The notes beneath the pieces are model-generated. The model saw nothing but the letters and a program-made list of their open reading frames with translations. It had not been told where the DNA came from and searched no databases. The position numbers were made by a program, and so were the translations under genes. From Acidimicrobiales bacterium (GTDB taxonomy: Bacteria; Actinomycetota; Acidimicrobiia; Acidimicrobiales; Bog-793), in the NCBI GenBank assembly GCA_036510575.1, contig DATCDR010000115.1:1-61486 (forward strand): 61,486 nucleotides of DNA, given 5' to 3'. Of the stretch, positions 1 through 10,206 are shown piece by piece. The number at the start of each line of letters is the position of its first letter. Position 1 is the first letter of the stretch.

Positions 1-1380
1 AGTTGCACCAACACCTCGAATCCACAGGTGATGCTCGCCGCGGGCCTCCTCGCCAAGGCTGCGGTCGAGCGCGGCGTGACCGTCAAGCCGTGGGTCAAGA
101 CCTCACTCGCACCTGGATCTCGCGCCGTAATGGAGTACTACGAGCGGGCAGGCCTTACGCCCTACCTCGAGAAGCTCGGATTCGGACTGGTCGGCTTTGG
201 CTGTACGACCTGCATCGGCAACTCGGGGCCACTTGCGGAGGAGATCTCGGCGGCGATCGGCGAGGGTAACCTCGCGGCGGTCGCAGTCCTATCTGGCAAC
301 CGCAACTTCGAGGGTCGTATCCACGCCGATGTGCGCATGAACTATCTCGCTTCACCGCCACTCGTGGTCGCCTACGCCATCGCCGGCACCATGGACATCG
401 ACGTCTACAACGAGCCACTCGGCGTTGACGCGAGCGGGGAGGAGGTCTTCTTGCGAGACCTGTGGCCCTCAACAGAAGAAGTGCTCGAGACAGCCCGACA
501 GGCGGTGCAGCCCGACGGCTTCACCTCGAGCTACGCGAACGCTTTCACCGGTGACGAACGTTGGCAGGGACTGAAGTTCCCGACCGGGGAGCACTACGCG
601 TGGGATGACTCGACTTACGTACAAAAACCGCCGTACTTCGACGGGATGAGCCTGACTCCCGAACCGTTGACCGATGTAATCGGCGCACGCTGCCTCGCCC
701 TCCTTGGCAACTCCGTAACGACGGATCACATCTCACCGGCTCAGGGTTTCCGCCCGGAGAGCCCAGCGGGGAAGTACCTCATCGAACACGGTGTCGCCGA
801 GGCGGACTTCAGCTCGTTCGGCGCGAGGCGTGGGAATCACGAAGTAATGGTCCGCGGCACGTTCGCGAATGCTCGCCTGAAGAACGCGCTCGCCTCGAAA
901 GAAGGCAGCTGGTCGGTACATCTACCCGACGGGACTGAAGGCACGCTTTTTGACGTCGCGATGCGCTACGTCGAAGAGAAGACGCCGCTCATCTTGATTG
1001 CCGGCAAGGAGTACGGATCCGGCTCTTCGCGCGACTGGGCGGCGAAGGGTCCTTTGCTGCTCGGCGTGCGCGCGGCGATCGCCGAAAGCTACGAGCGCAT
1101 CCACCGGTCCAACCTCATCGGAATGGGGATCGCACCACTTGAGTTCCTCCCGGGCGAGGGGGCAGAGTCGCTCGGGCTCACCGGCAGAGAGGTCTTCACG
1201 ATCCACGGGATCGAAGGCTCGACCGCCGAGGAGCTCATCGGAAAGCAGATTCACGTCGACGCCGACGGGAAGCACTTCCACGTGACGCTGCGGATCGACA
1301 CCCTTACCGAGGCTGAGTACCTGCAAAACGGCGGCATCTTGCACTACGTGGTGCGCCGATTGGCCCAGGCGGGGGTGTAA
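1..1380 (+). CDS. acnA: Aconitate hydratase, C-terminal ~460 aa (5' end off window)
   Basis: Frame 1 is open from nt 1 (SCTNTSNPQVMLAAGLLAKAAVERG...). Aconitase blocks are present: NSGPL, LSGNRNFEGR, ASPPLVVAYAIAG, GSGSSRDWAAKG, ERIHRSNLIGMGI. Stop at 1378-1380. Confidence 0.95.
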   Translation, partial: SCTNTSNPQVMLAAGLLAKAAVERGVTVKPWVKTSLAPGSRAVMEYYERAGLTPYLEKLGFGLVGFGCTTCIGNSGPLAEEISAAIGEGNLAAVAVLSGNRNFEGRIHADVRMNYLASPPLVVAYAIAGTMDIDVYNEPLGVDASGEEVFLRDLWPSTEEVLETARQAVQPDGFTSSYANAFTGDERWQGLKFPTGEHYAWDDSTYVQKPPYFDGMSLTPEPLTDVIGARCLALLGNSVTTDHISPAQGFRPESPAGKYLIEHGVAEADFSSFGARRGNHEVMVRGTFANARLKNALASKEGSWSVHLPDGTEGTLFDVAMRYVEEKTPLILIAGKEYGSGSSRDWAAKGPLLLGVRAAIAESYERIHRSNLIGMGIAPLEFLPGEGAESLGLTGREVFTIHGIEGSTAEELIGKQIHVDADGKHFHVTLRIDTLTEAEYLQNGGILHYVVRRLAQAGV

Positions 1381-1414
1381 AAGGCCGGAACTCGCGCCAG
1401 CGGCGCTGGCAGGC

Positions 1415-2161
1415 TCAGCCCACCGTCACGAGTGCTCCGAGGCCTACGTCTCGGAGCACTCGCTCAAGGAAGACCGTAACGATCGACAGATCATTCATCA
1501 CAAGGAGCACGCCGAACCCGCCAAGGACGATCGCCGCCCCGATGTTGAGTGAGCGAAGGTGCCGGCGCAGCAGTGATAGCGCTCCGGACAGTCGACCGAA
1601 TCCGAGGCCGACGATCATAAAGGGGACGCCGAGTCCGAGGGCGTACGTGGCGAGGAGGAACGCGCCACCCCCAACCCCCCGCTCGCCACCGGCGAGTGCC
1701 AGCACCGACGACAGCACCGGGCCAATGCACGGTGTCCATCCAAATCCAAAGGCCGCGCCGGCGATCGGCGCCGCGAACGGACCGAACCGGTCGAGCCGAG
1801 GGTGCCAGCGAACCTCACGATTAAACGCTGGCAACTGCACGAGCGCCGCGGCGAGCACGAAGATCGCCATCGCGATGATCACTCCGCCAGAGAAGCGGGC
1901 GAGCTCAACACGATTTCGAACTGCGGCGGCACCGACGGCAGTCGCCGTAACCCCGAGCGCAACAAATACGGCACCGAAGCCGAGAATAAACAGCGACGTC
2001 TCCCGCGCAACTCTCGCGAGCTGACGAGTGTTCACCTCGGCATCGGTCAAGTCGACGCCGGTCACTACCGAGAGATATGCCGGTACTACGGGCAACACAC
2101 ACGGCGAGACGAACGACGCGACACCACCGCCAAAGGCCACGACGTAGCCGACGTCAGCCAT
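1415..2161 (-). CDS. ccdA: Cytochrome c biogenesis / thiol-disulfide electron transporter CcdA (DsbD family)
   Basis: 248-aa polytopic membrane protein with the two conserved Cys-containing segments FVSPCVLPVVPAYL and GWTPCIGPVL. Confidence 0.85.
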   Translation of the reverse strand: MADVGYVVAFGGGVASFVSPCVLPVVPAYLSVVTGVDLTDAEVNTRQLARVARETSLFILGFGAVFVALGVTATAVGAAAVRNRVELARFSGGVIIAMAIFVLAAALVQLPAFNREVRWHPRLDRFGPFAAPIAGAAFGFGWTPCIGPVLSSVLALAGGERGVGGGAFLLATYALGLGVPFMIVGLGFGRLSGALSLLRRHLRSLNIGAAIVLGGFGVLLVMNDLSIVTVFLERVLRDVGLGALVTVG

Positions 2162-2258
2162 AGCCGCTCTCGCCCTCCTCTATAAAGTCGCCCCGATAGC
2201 GCTTCCTCGAGCATCCCGGTGGGACCCCGACCAACACGCACACCGTAGGCCAGAAGGC

Positions 2259-2296
2259 GACAATGCTTGCTTTGGCGCGCGCGCATTGGCATTGTC
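2259..2296. repeat. Inverted repeat GACAATGC-N22-GCATTGTC in the ccdA / DUF3263-otsB divergent intergenic region
   Basis: Read directly; 8-bp arms, with an inner GCATTG copy at 2283-2288. Ends just before the likely ATG at 2304. Function unknown, possibly an operator. Confidence 0.4.
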
Positions 2297-2303
2297 AGAG
2301 CAC

Positions 2304-2582
2304 ATGAACAAGAACGTCGGCAGTCTCTCGGCACGCGACATCGCGATTCTGAACTTCGAAGAGCGGTGGTGGACGCTCGTCGGCAAGCGACGAAAGCGCG
2401 AGGCCATCCGCGAAGAACTGGGCCTTAGCCCGACCTCGTTCTATACGGCGCTCGGCGATCTCGTCGACGCTGCCGCGGCCGCAAGATCACATCCACTCGT
2501 CATCGCGCGGCTTCGCCGTCGAAAAGCAGAACGGCGGCGCGCGAAGTTCCACGGCAGCGAGCCACTCCACCGCAGCCCGTGA
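2304..2582 (+). CDS. DUF3263-like small protein (actinobacterial, commonly next to otsB)
   Basis: MNKNVGSLSARDIAILNFEERWW...GLSPTSFYTALGDLVD...RRRKAERRR. The ORF track starts at TTG 2286; ATG 2304 is preferred. Stop overlaps the otsB GTG (GTGA). Confidence 0.6.
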   Translation: MNKNVGSLSARDIAILNFEERWWTLVGKRRKREAIREELGLSPTSFYTALGDLVDAAAAARSHPLVIARLRRRKAERRRAKFHGSEPLHRSP

Positions 2583-3370
2583 CAGAGCGGTGGGCGTCCG
2601 AGGTGGAGACGCTCTCACTCGAGCCCGCCACAACGGTGCTCTGCTGCGACTTCGATGGCACGATCGCCGACATCATCGACGATCCGCAGATGGCACAAGC
2701 AACACCAGAGGCACTTCGCTCACTCATATCGCTGGCGTCACGTTTCCAAAGCGTCGCGGTGATCTCGGGTAGGCCGGCTGGCTTCTTGCAGACGACGCTC
2801 GGCAACGAGGTCGCTTCGGTTGTCCATCTCTTTGGTCGCTACGGGGCCGAACGCCTCGAGCGTGACGGTTCGGTCAGCGCGCCGGACGTGACGGCGAGCG
2901 TCAGACGCCAGTTCGCGGCGATTGCCGAGGAGGCCAGACTCGTCGCACCAGGTGTCCGGGTTGAAGACAAGCAGGGCAGCCTGGCCCTCCACTGGCGCGA
3001 GTCCCCGGGTGTCGCGGAACGACTTCTCGAACTCTCACAGAGCAAGGCAGCTTCTGGACTGGAGGTGCGACCTGGCAGACAGATGGTTGATCTCGTCCTT
3101 CCCGGCGCTCCGACAAAGGGCACGACGCTGGCTTTGCTGCTCTCGGCTGGAGCTCGGCGAGGATGCTTTCTCGGAGACGACGTCGGTGATCTCGACGCCT
3201 TCGACGCGCTCGACGCCTTCGAGGCAGCCGGCGGCACCGCGGTGAGGATCGCGGTTGGCTCCGCGGAGATGCCTTCAGCTCTAGCCGAGCGGGCGGACCT
3301 CGTATTGGCCGACCCAGGCGAGGCGGCGGAGTTCTTGAGCGACCTCGCGGTGGTTACCGCTTCGCGCTAG
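2579..3370 (+). CDS. otsB: Trehalose-6-phosphate phosphatase (HAD family)
   Basis: HAD motif I CCDFDGTIADII, then SGRPAGFL and GDDVGDLDAF. Convergent with, and overlapping by 4 nt, the otsA stop. Confidence 0.85.
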   Translation: MTERWASEVETLSLEPATTVLCCDFDGTIADIIDDPQMAQATPEALRSLISLASRFQSVAVISGRPAGFLQTTLGNEVASVVHLFGRYGAERLERDGSVSAPDVTASVRRQFAAIAEEARLVAPGVRVEDKQGSLALHWRESPGVAERLLELSQSKAASGLEVRPGRQMVDLVLPGAPTKGTTLALLLSAGARRGCFLGDDVGDLDAFDALDAFEAAGGTAVRIAVGSAEMPSALAERADLVLADPGEAAEFLSDLAVVTASR

Positions 3371-4818
3371 CTCGCCAGAGTTGCGGGCCGCGCGTAGCGA
3401 ATGACCTCGTCGAGCCACTTCGCCGGCGGCAGTAACGCTGCGGCCTCAGCCAACTTGACCGATCGGTGCGCGCGCTCCGCGGGATCGAGCGCCAGCGCAT
3501 CGGCAAGAGCGGCCGCCGTGCCGGTCACGTCGAAAGGCTCGATTCGAGTCGAGTACGTCCCAAGCTCCGCAAAAGCTCCTGCTTGATCCGAGAGTGCCAA
3601 GGCTCCCTCCGTAATGTTGACGAGCGGTCCTTCTTTCGCGACGAGGTTCATGCCATCTCGAATCGGGTTGACGAGCAACACGTCATAGATCGAGAGCGCA
3701 GCGAGGCTTGCCGCGAAGTTGTCACCTCGATCGAGCTCGATGACGGGCTCGCCCGCGTCGCGAGTGAAGCGTTCATTGACACGCTCTGTCACGCGATCGA
3801 TCTCTGCGCCGTAGGCAAGGTAGTCCGCGAGTCCGGTTCGGCTGGCGTAAAGACGCATGACAAGACGAACCTCGCTAATGAGCTCTGGCGCCGAGTCGAG
3901 CAGCTCTTGAAAGGCCAGCACTCCGCGCACGATGTTCTTCGACGGCTCGATGCGATCACTTCGCACGATCAGTCGCTTGCCAGCTGTGCGAGTACGAAGC
4001 GCTTCGCGGGCTTCGGCAACCTCTGTTGCCGCCGCGCTAGCTCGCAACTGCTCGGCGTCAGAGCCGAGTGGCGCCACGAAGGCGACAGGAACTGTCGCAG
4101 ACCACACCGACGCCGACGCCAGAAAGCGGTCGCGCCACAAAGCGGTGTGGAATCCGACTGCCCCGAAAGAGCACATGCCGTCCATCAACGCTCGTGCGGC
4201 CTCGGAAGGCAGCACGCTCAGCTCCTCCGGCGTTGCGAAGGGTGTGTGCGTGAAATGCACCGTGTTGAGATCAGGACGAAGCCTGGCCAGATCGCTGCCG
4301 ACGAGCGATAGGTGGTAGTCGTTCACCACCACCGTCGCGCCCGGCGCAGCACCGCGAGCGATCCGCTCGGCGAACGCGGTGTTGTAGGCCACGTAGGAAC
4401 GCCATGCATCGTGCCAATGGCGATCGAAGATCGGTCGACGAATCCGGTCGAAAAGTCCGTGATGCAGGTACCAAAGCGTCGTATTAGCAACGACGTTGTA
4501 GGCGGCCGCAACAACCTCCGCCGGAAGATCGACGAAGTCGAGATCGATGTCCATGCCGCTGTTGGAGACGGGCGATCCACTTGCCACCATTCGCTCTGCA
4601 TCAGAGAGTGCCGCGGCGACCCACAGCGCGCCGCGACCTTCGAGAGCGCGCGCGAGGCTTGGAGCGAGTCCGCCCGCGCCGTGGCCGACGGCAAAACCTC
4701 CGTCTTCGAGGCGGCGAATCGTCCCGGGGGCTCGGTTCGCAGCAACTACGAGACCGCTCGTCGTCATACCTTCGACGCCCTGGCCCGCACCGCTCCCGCT
4801 TGACTCACGTCGTCCCAT
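3367..4818 (-). CDS. otsA: Alpha,alpha-trehalose-phosphate synthase (GT20)
   Basis: LVVAANRAP..., WVAAALSD, NTTLWYLHH, VVVNDYHL, HFTHTPF, DRIEPSKNI, LLVNPIRDGMNLVAKE. The true start may be the internal Met (MTTSGLVV) at 4767. Confidence 0.9.
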   Translation of the reverse strand: MGRRESSGSGAGQGVEGMTTSGLVVAANRAPGTIRRLEDGGFAVGHGAGGLAPSLARALEGRGALWVAAALSDAERMVASGSPVSNSGMDIDLDFVDLPAEVVAAAYNVVANTTLWYLHHGLFDRIRRPIFDRHWHDAWRSYVAYNTAFAERIARGAAPGATVVVNDYHLSLVGSDLARLRPDLNTVHFTHTPFATPEELSVLPSEAARALMDGMCSFGAVGFHTALWRDRFLASASVWSATVPVAFVAPLGSDAEQLRASAAATEVAEAREALRTRTAGKRLIVRSDRIEPSKNIVRGVLAFQELLDSAPELISEVRLVMRLYASRTGLADYLAYGAEIDRVTERVNERFTRDAGEPVIELDRGDNFAASLAALSIYDVLLVNPIRDGMNLVAKEGPLVNITEGALALSDQAGAFAELGTYSTRIEPFDVTGTAAALADALALDPAERAHRSVKLAEAAALLPPAKWLDEVIRYARPATLAS

Positions 4819-4937
4819 TTCCTCTCTTGCCTGCTCAGGGGCACAATCTCGGGCGCCAAGCTGCGAAGTTCAGTACGCGTAGCGACGTCACGCAAATCGC
4901 GCTTTGACGTGGGGCCACTCTTCGTACACACTGATTA

Positions 4938-5040
4938 CATCATCCAGAGCGGTTGAGGGACGGGCCCGTCGACGCCGCGGCAACCAGCGAAGCCAAGTTC
5001 AAGAGCTTTGCAGGTGCCAATGCCCGGTCGATGAGGAGGA
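4938..5040 (+). promoter_or_regulatory. SAM-I (S-box) class riboswitch, possibly the SAM-I/IV-like variant because P4 is short or absent
   Basis: CATCATCCAGAGCGGTTGAGGGACGGGCCCGTCGACGCCGCGGCAACCAGCGAAGC...GCTTTGCAGGTGCCAATGCCCGGTCGATGAGGAGG carries the S-box core blocks. P1 is TCATC/GATGA and P3 is GCGAAGC/GCTTTGC. The SD GGAGG abuts the 3' P1 strand just upstream of ATG 5046. Confidence 0.8.
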
Positions 5041-5045
5041 AGTAC

Positions 5046-6287
5046 ATGACCGCCGTGGAAAGCCTGCGTTGCCGTGAATGCGGCCGCACCTACCCAGTGG
5101 AAGCTCGCCATGTCTGCGACTTCTGTTTCGGACCGCTCGAGGTCGCCTACGACTACGACAAGATGCGAGCATTGGTCTCCAAAGAGTCGATAGCTGCTGG
5201 ACCGCCGAATATGTGGCGCTACGCGGAGATGCTGCCGATCCATCTCCCATCCGTGATCGATCTCTCCCCAGGCTTCACGCCGCTCGTACGAGCGACACGC
5301 CTAGGTCAGCATCTCGGGCTCGACAACTTGTACCTAAAAGATGACACCCGGAACCCAACTGGCAGCTTCAAGGATCGCGTCGTTGCCGTCGCACTTAGCA
5401 AGGCGCTCGAGCTCGGCTTCAAGGTTGCCGCGTGCGCCTCGACTGGGAACCTCGCGAACTCGGTGGCGGCTCACGCGGCAAGAGCGGGGATGGCGAGCGT
5501 CGTCTTTATCCCCCGCGACCTCGAGGCCACCAAGATCGCGATGACTGCGGTGTTCGACGGCAACCTGATCGCCGTCGATGGCTCCTATGACGACGTGAAT
5601 CGGCTGTGCGCAGAGTTAGCTAGCGAACGACCGGACTGGGCCTTTGTCAACGTCAACGTGCGCCCGTACTACTCCGAAGGCTCGCGCACGCTCGCATTCG
5701 AGGTAGCCGAACAGCTCGGTTGGAGAGCACCCGACCACGTGGTCGTTCCGATCGCTTCGGGTAGCCAGCTCACGAAGATCCACAAGGGTTTTCATGAGCT
5801 CGGTCTCCTGGGCCTGATCGAGGACGGCGACTCGGTCCGGGTCTCTGGCGCACAAGCCGCTGGATGTGGACCGGTCGCGACAGCCTTCGAGACCGGTGCC
5901 GACTCGATCCGGCCGGTTCGTGCCAACACGATCGCCAAGTCTCTCGCGATCGGGAACCCTGCAGATGGCTGGTATGCCCTCGAGATCGTCCGCACCTCCG
6001 GGGGCGCCATCGAAGGCGTCTCGGACCCAGAGGTGATCGACGGCATTCGACTGCTCGCGCGAACCGAGGGGATTTTCGCGGAGACTGCCGGCGGCGTCAC
6101 GATCGCCACGCTTTGCCGCCTCGCGGCCAAAGGCATCGTCAGGCGGGACGAAGTCGTCGTGGCCTACATCACCGGCAGCGGCCTAAAGACCGTCGAGGCG
6201 CTCGGCGATACCGTCGGACCCTCCGCCACGATTAAACCAACGCTTGAGGCTTTCAACGCTCTCACATCCGAGGAGATCAACATATGA
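5046..6287 (+). CDS. Threonine-synthase-family PLP enzyme with N-terminal zinc ribbon (possible homocysteine-forming MetM-like enzyme)
   Basis: CRECGRTYPVEARHVCDFCFGPLEV zinc ribbon; PLP-lysine block NPTGSFKDR; ASTGN; GSG near the C-terminus. ATG 5046 follows GAGGAGGA. The ORF-track start at 4953 lies inside the riboswitch. Confidence 0.85.
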   Translation: MTAVESLRCRECGRTYPVEARHVCDFCFGPLEVAYDYDKMRALVSKESIAAGPPNMWRYAEMLPIHLPSVIDLSPGFTPLVRATRLGQHLGLDNLYLKDDTRNPTGSFKDRVVAVALSKALELGFKVAACASTGNLANSVAAHAARAGMASVVFIPRDLEATKIAMTAVFDGNLIAVDGSYDDVNRLCAELASERPDWAFVNVNVRPYYSEGSRTLAFEVAEQLGWRAPDHVVVPIASGSQLTKIHKGFHELGLLGLIEDGDSVRVSGAQAAGCGPVATAFETGADSIRPVRANTIAKSLAIGNPADGWYALEIVRTSGGAIEGVSDPEVIDGIRLLARTEGIFAETAGGVTIATLCRLAAKGIVRRDEVVVAYITGSGLKTVEALGDTVGPSATIKPTLEAFNALTSEEINI

Positions 6288-6559
6288 GCGTCACCGTCAG
6301 GATCCCCACCCAGCTCCGTGAGCTAACGAGCGGTCAGGGTGAGATCACGGTTGAAGCCGACACCGTCCGCGAGGCAATCGATCAGCTCAACAGCGCGCAT
6401 CCGGGCATCGGGGAGCGACTCCTTGACGACTCCGGAAACCTGCGGCGCTTCGTGAACCTGTTCTTGGCCGAGGAGGACGTACGCTTCCTCGAAGGACTCG
6501 ACACTCCTATCACTGCTGGTCAGACGCTTTCTGTGGTGCCCGCCGTCGCAGGAGGCTGA
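6284..6559 (+). CDS. ThiS/MoaD/CysO-type sulfur-carrier protein ending in Gly-Gly
   Basis: 91 aa: MSVTVRIPTQLRELTSGQ...RFVNLFLAEEDVRF...VVPAVAGG*. Beta-grasp length with a C-terminal diglycine. The ATG overlaps the upstream stop (ATGA). Confidence 0.85.
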   Translation: MSVTVRIPTQLRELTSGQGEITVEADTVREAIDQLNSAHPGIGERLLDDSGNLRRFVNLFLAEEDVRFLEGLDTPITAGQTLSVVPAVAGG

Positions 6560-6617
6560 TTTCTCGGGACCTACCGAGGTCCCGCGCTTGCGAACTGCGC
6601 CGCATCGTGATTTGCTG

Positions 6618-8310
<1,693 letters not shown>

Positions 8311-8337
8311 TCCCCAGCCGACATACGAACTGCGACC

Positions 8338-8370
8338 AAGCGGCAGGGTGGAGACGCCCTGCCGCTTTTT
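8338..8370 (+). terminator. Rho-independent terminator after groEL
   Basis: AAGCGGCAGGG-loop-CCCTGCCGCTT followed by a T-run. Confidence 0.85.
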
Positions 8371-8421
8371 CGCGTCGCTATCCCAAGCAAGCACCATGGC
8401 GCCACCTTCTAGACTGCCCTC

Positions 8422-9123
8422 GTGACAACCGAGGGCGACGACGTCGATGTAGCAAAGCTCCCAGGACTAGCGGTACTCCATCTCTTCTTTAAGGTCCGCG
8501 AAACGGTCGACGTCGGCCCCGCGACGATCGCGATCACCGAGTGCGTAACTGCAGGCAACCAGGTGGTCGCAGCTGAGATCTACGGCCACAAAGCTGACTT
8601 CGCCGTCACCGCGCTCGGTGACTCCTTTGCCGAGCTGCGCCATCTCCAGACCGGGCTCGTCGGCGCAGGCCTTGACCTCGTGTCGTCGTACGTCTCGCTC
8701 ACCGAGGTCTCCGAATACGCGATGGGGGCGCCGCGGGCGACGCTCCTTGCCCGCCTCCGCCCGCAGCTTCCACCAGACAGCCTGGAGGCATACTGCTTCT
8801 ACCCGATGTCCAAACGCCGGGTCCAGGGCGACAACTGGTACCAACTCCCCTTCGAGGAACGAACCAAGTTGATGATCGAACACGGAACCACGGGCCGAGA
8901 GTTTCGGGGACGGATCTTGCAACTCGTCACCGGATCTGCAGGGCTCGACGATTATGAGTGGGGCGTCACCCTCTTTGGGCGCACGCTCGAGGACGTGAAA
9001 GAGTGCGTCTACCAGATGCGATTCGACGAGGCGTCGGCGCGTTTCGCGGAGTTCGGCCCCTTCTACGTCGGAGCTGTCGGTAACCCGGAGCATCTCCTGC
9101 GTTCACTAGGGGCCCGCGGATGA
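8422..9123 (+). CDS. hemQ: Chlorite-dismutase-family haem biosynthesis protein (coproheme decarboxylase HemQ/ChdC)
   Basis: 233 aa: YCFYPMSKRR..GDNWY.LPFEER..LM.EHG..GR.F.G.I.Q..TGS.GLDDYEWGVTLF, typical of actinobacterial HemQ. Confidence 0.8.
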   Translation: MTTEGDDVDVAKLPGLAVLHLFFKVRETVDVGPATIAITECVTAGNQVVAAEIYGHKADFAVTALGDSFAELRHLQTGLVGAGLDLVSSYVSLTEVSEYAMGAPRATLLARLRPQLPPDSLEAYCFYPMSKRRVQGDNWYQLPFEERTKLMIEHGTTGREFRGRILQLVTGSAGLDDYEWGVTLFGRTLEDVKECVYQMRFDEASARFAEFGPFYVGAVGNPEHLLRSLGARG

Positions 9124-9971
9124 CCACCATCTGGCAAGACCACGAGCTATCCGGCGAGGACGCGGTCTCCTCCTCTCGGCTGCAAGAGGAGCTTCGCAAG
9201 CATGACCGGCTCGTCGTCGCGTTCTCAGGCGGCGCCGACTCAGCGCTGCTCGCGTACGCGGCGACAGCGGTGCTCGGGACCGATCAGGTCCTTTGTGCAA
9301 CGGCGATCTCGCCGTCACTCGCCGAGGATGATCGGCGAGAAACCGAGGTCCTCGCGACCGAGTGGGGCCTTCGGTACCACCCGGTGAACACCGACGAACT
9401 CGAGAACCCGGACTATCAGGCCAATGGGCTTGATCGCTGCTATTTCTGCAAAGCCGCGCTGATGGATGCACTTGGCCCCATCGCTGCGAGCGAGTCCGCT
9501 TCGATCGCCCTAGGCGTCAACGTCGATGATCTCGGTGACTACCGACCTGGACAAGCGGCTGCCAGGGAGGCCGGCGCGATCTTCCCGTTGCTCGACGCAG
9601 GCCTAACGAAGGTGGCGGTGCGGTCGCTCTCTCGAGCACTCGGACTTCGCACGTGGGACAAGCCGGCAAATGCCTGTCTCTCGTCGAGAATCCCACAGGG
9701 CACTCCGGTCACCATCGGGCTACTGAGCAAAGTGGACCGGGCCGAGCAGCGACTGCGCCAGATCGGCTTTCGCGAGCTGCGCGTTCGCCACTACGGCGAC
9801 ACCTGCCGAGTCGAGCTAGCCGACGATGAGCTCAGCCACGCCCTCGAGTCGCGAGCCGAGATCGTCGAACAGCTCCGAGCAGTTGGCTATCGCTACGTGA
9901 CGCTCGACCTTGAGGGCCTTCGTTCGGGCAACCTCGTCCGCACAGCTCTCGACGCAGCACGTCGGGACTAA
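9120..9971 (+). CDS. LarE-family PP-loop ATP pyrophosphatase / sulfur transferase homologue
   Basis: PP-loop VVAFSGGADSALLA; DDLGDYRPG; ANACLSSRIP (position of the LarE active Cys) plus an upstream CYFC; C-terminal GYRYVTLDLEGLRSG. The ATG overlaps the hemQ stop (ATGA). Confidence 0.75.
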   Translation: MTTIWQDHELSGEDAVSSSRLQEELRKHDRLVVAFSGGADSALLAYAATAVLGTDQVLCATAISPSLAEDDRRETEVLATEWGLRYHPVNTDELENPDYQANGLDRCYFCKAALMDALGPIAASESASIALGVNVDDLGDYRPGQAAAREAGAIFPLLDAGLTKVAVRSLSRALGLRTWDKPANACLSSRIPQGTPVTIGLLSKVDRAEQRLRQIGFRELRVRHYGDTCRVELADDELSHALESRAEIVEQLRAVGYRYVTLDLEGLRSGNLVRTALDAARRD

Positions 9972-9990
9972 GAAGCGCGACGATAAACGC

Positions 9991-10182
9991 TCAACGCGTT
10001 GGCGGTGGACCGCCGACGCCCTTCCAGCCAGCCGAGGATGTCGACCTCGGCTCGTAGAACAGACAGCCTTCGGGACACGCAAAGGGAACGTGTTCGTTCA
10101 CGTCGAGCTTGCATCGCTCAACTCGCTCGGCAGTGATCGTCGTCTGCATCACGTAGTGACGACAGTCATCACGCACCGCCAT
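9991..10182 (-). CDS. Small Cys-containing hypothetical protein (63 aa)
   Basis: MAVRDDCRHYVMQ...ERCKLDVNEHVPFACPEGCLFYEPR. Four Cys and coding-like codon usage; no family recognised. Confidence 0.45.
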   Translation of the reverse strand: MAVRDDCRHYVMQTTITAERVERCKLDVNEHVPFACPEGCLFYEPRSTSSAGWKGVGGPPPTR

Positions 10183-10206
10183 GATGCAGCCTCAGTTCTG
10201 TTGGGG

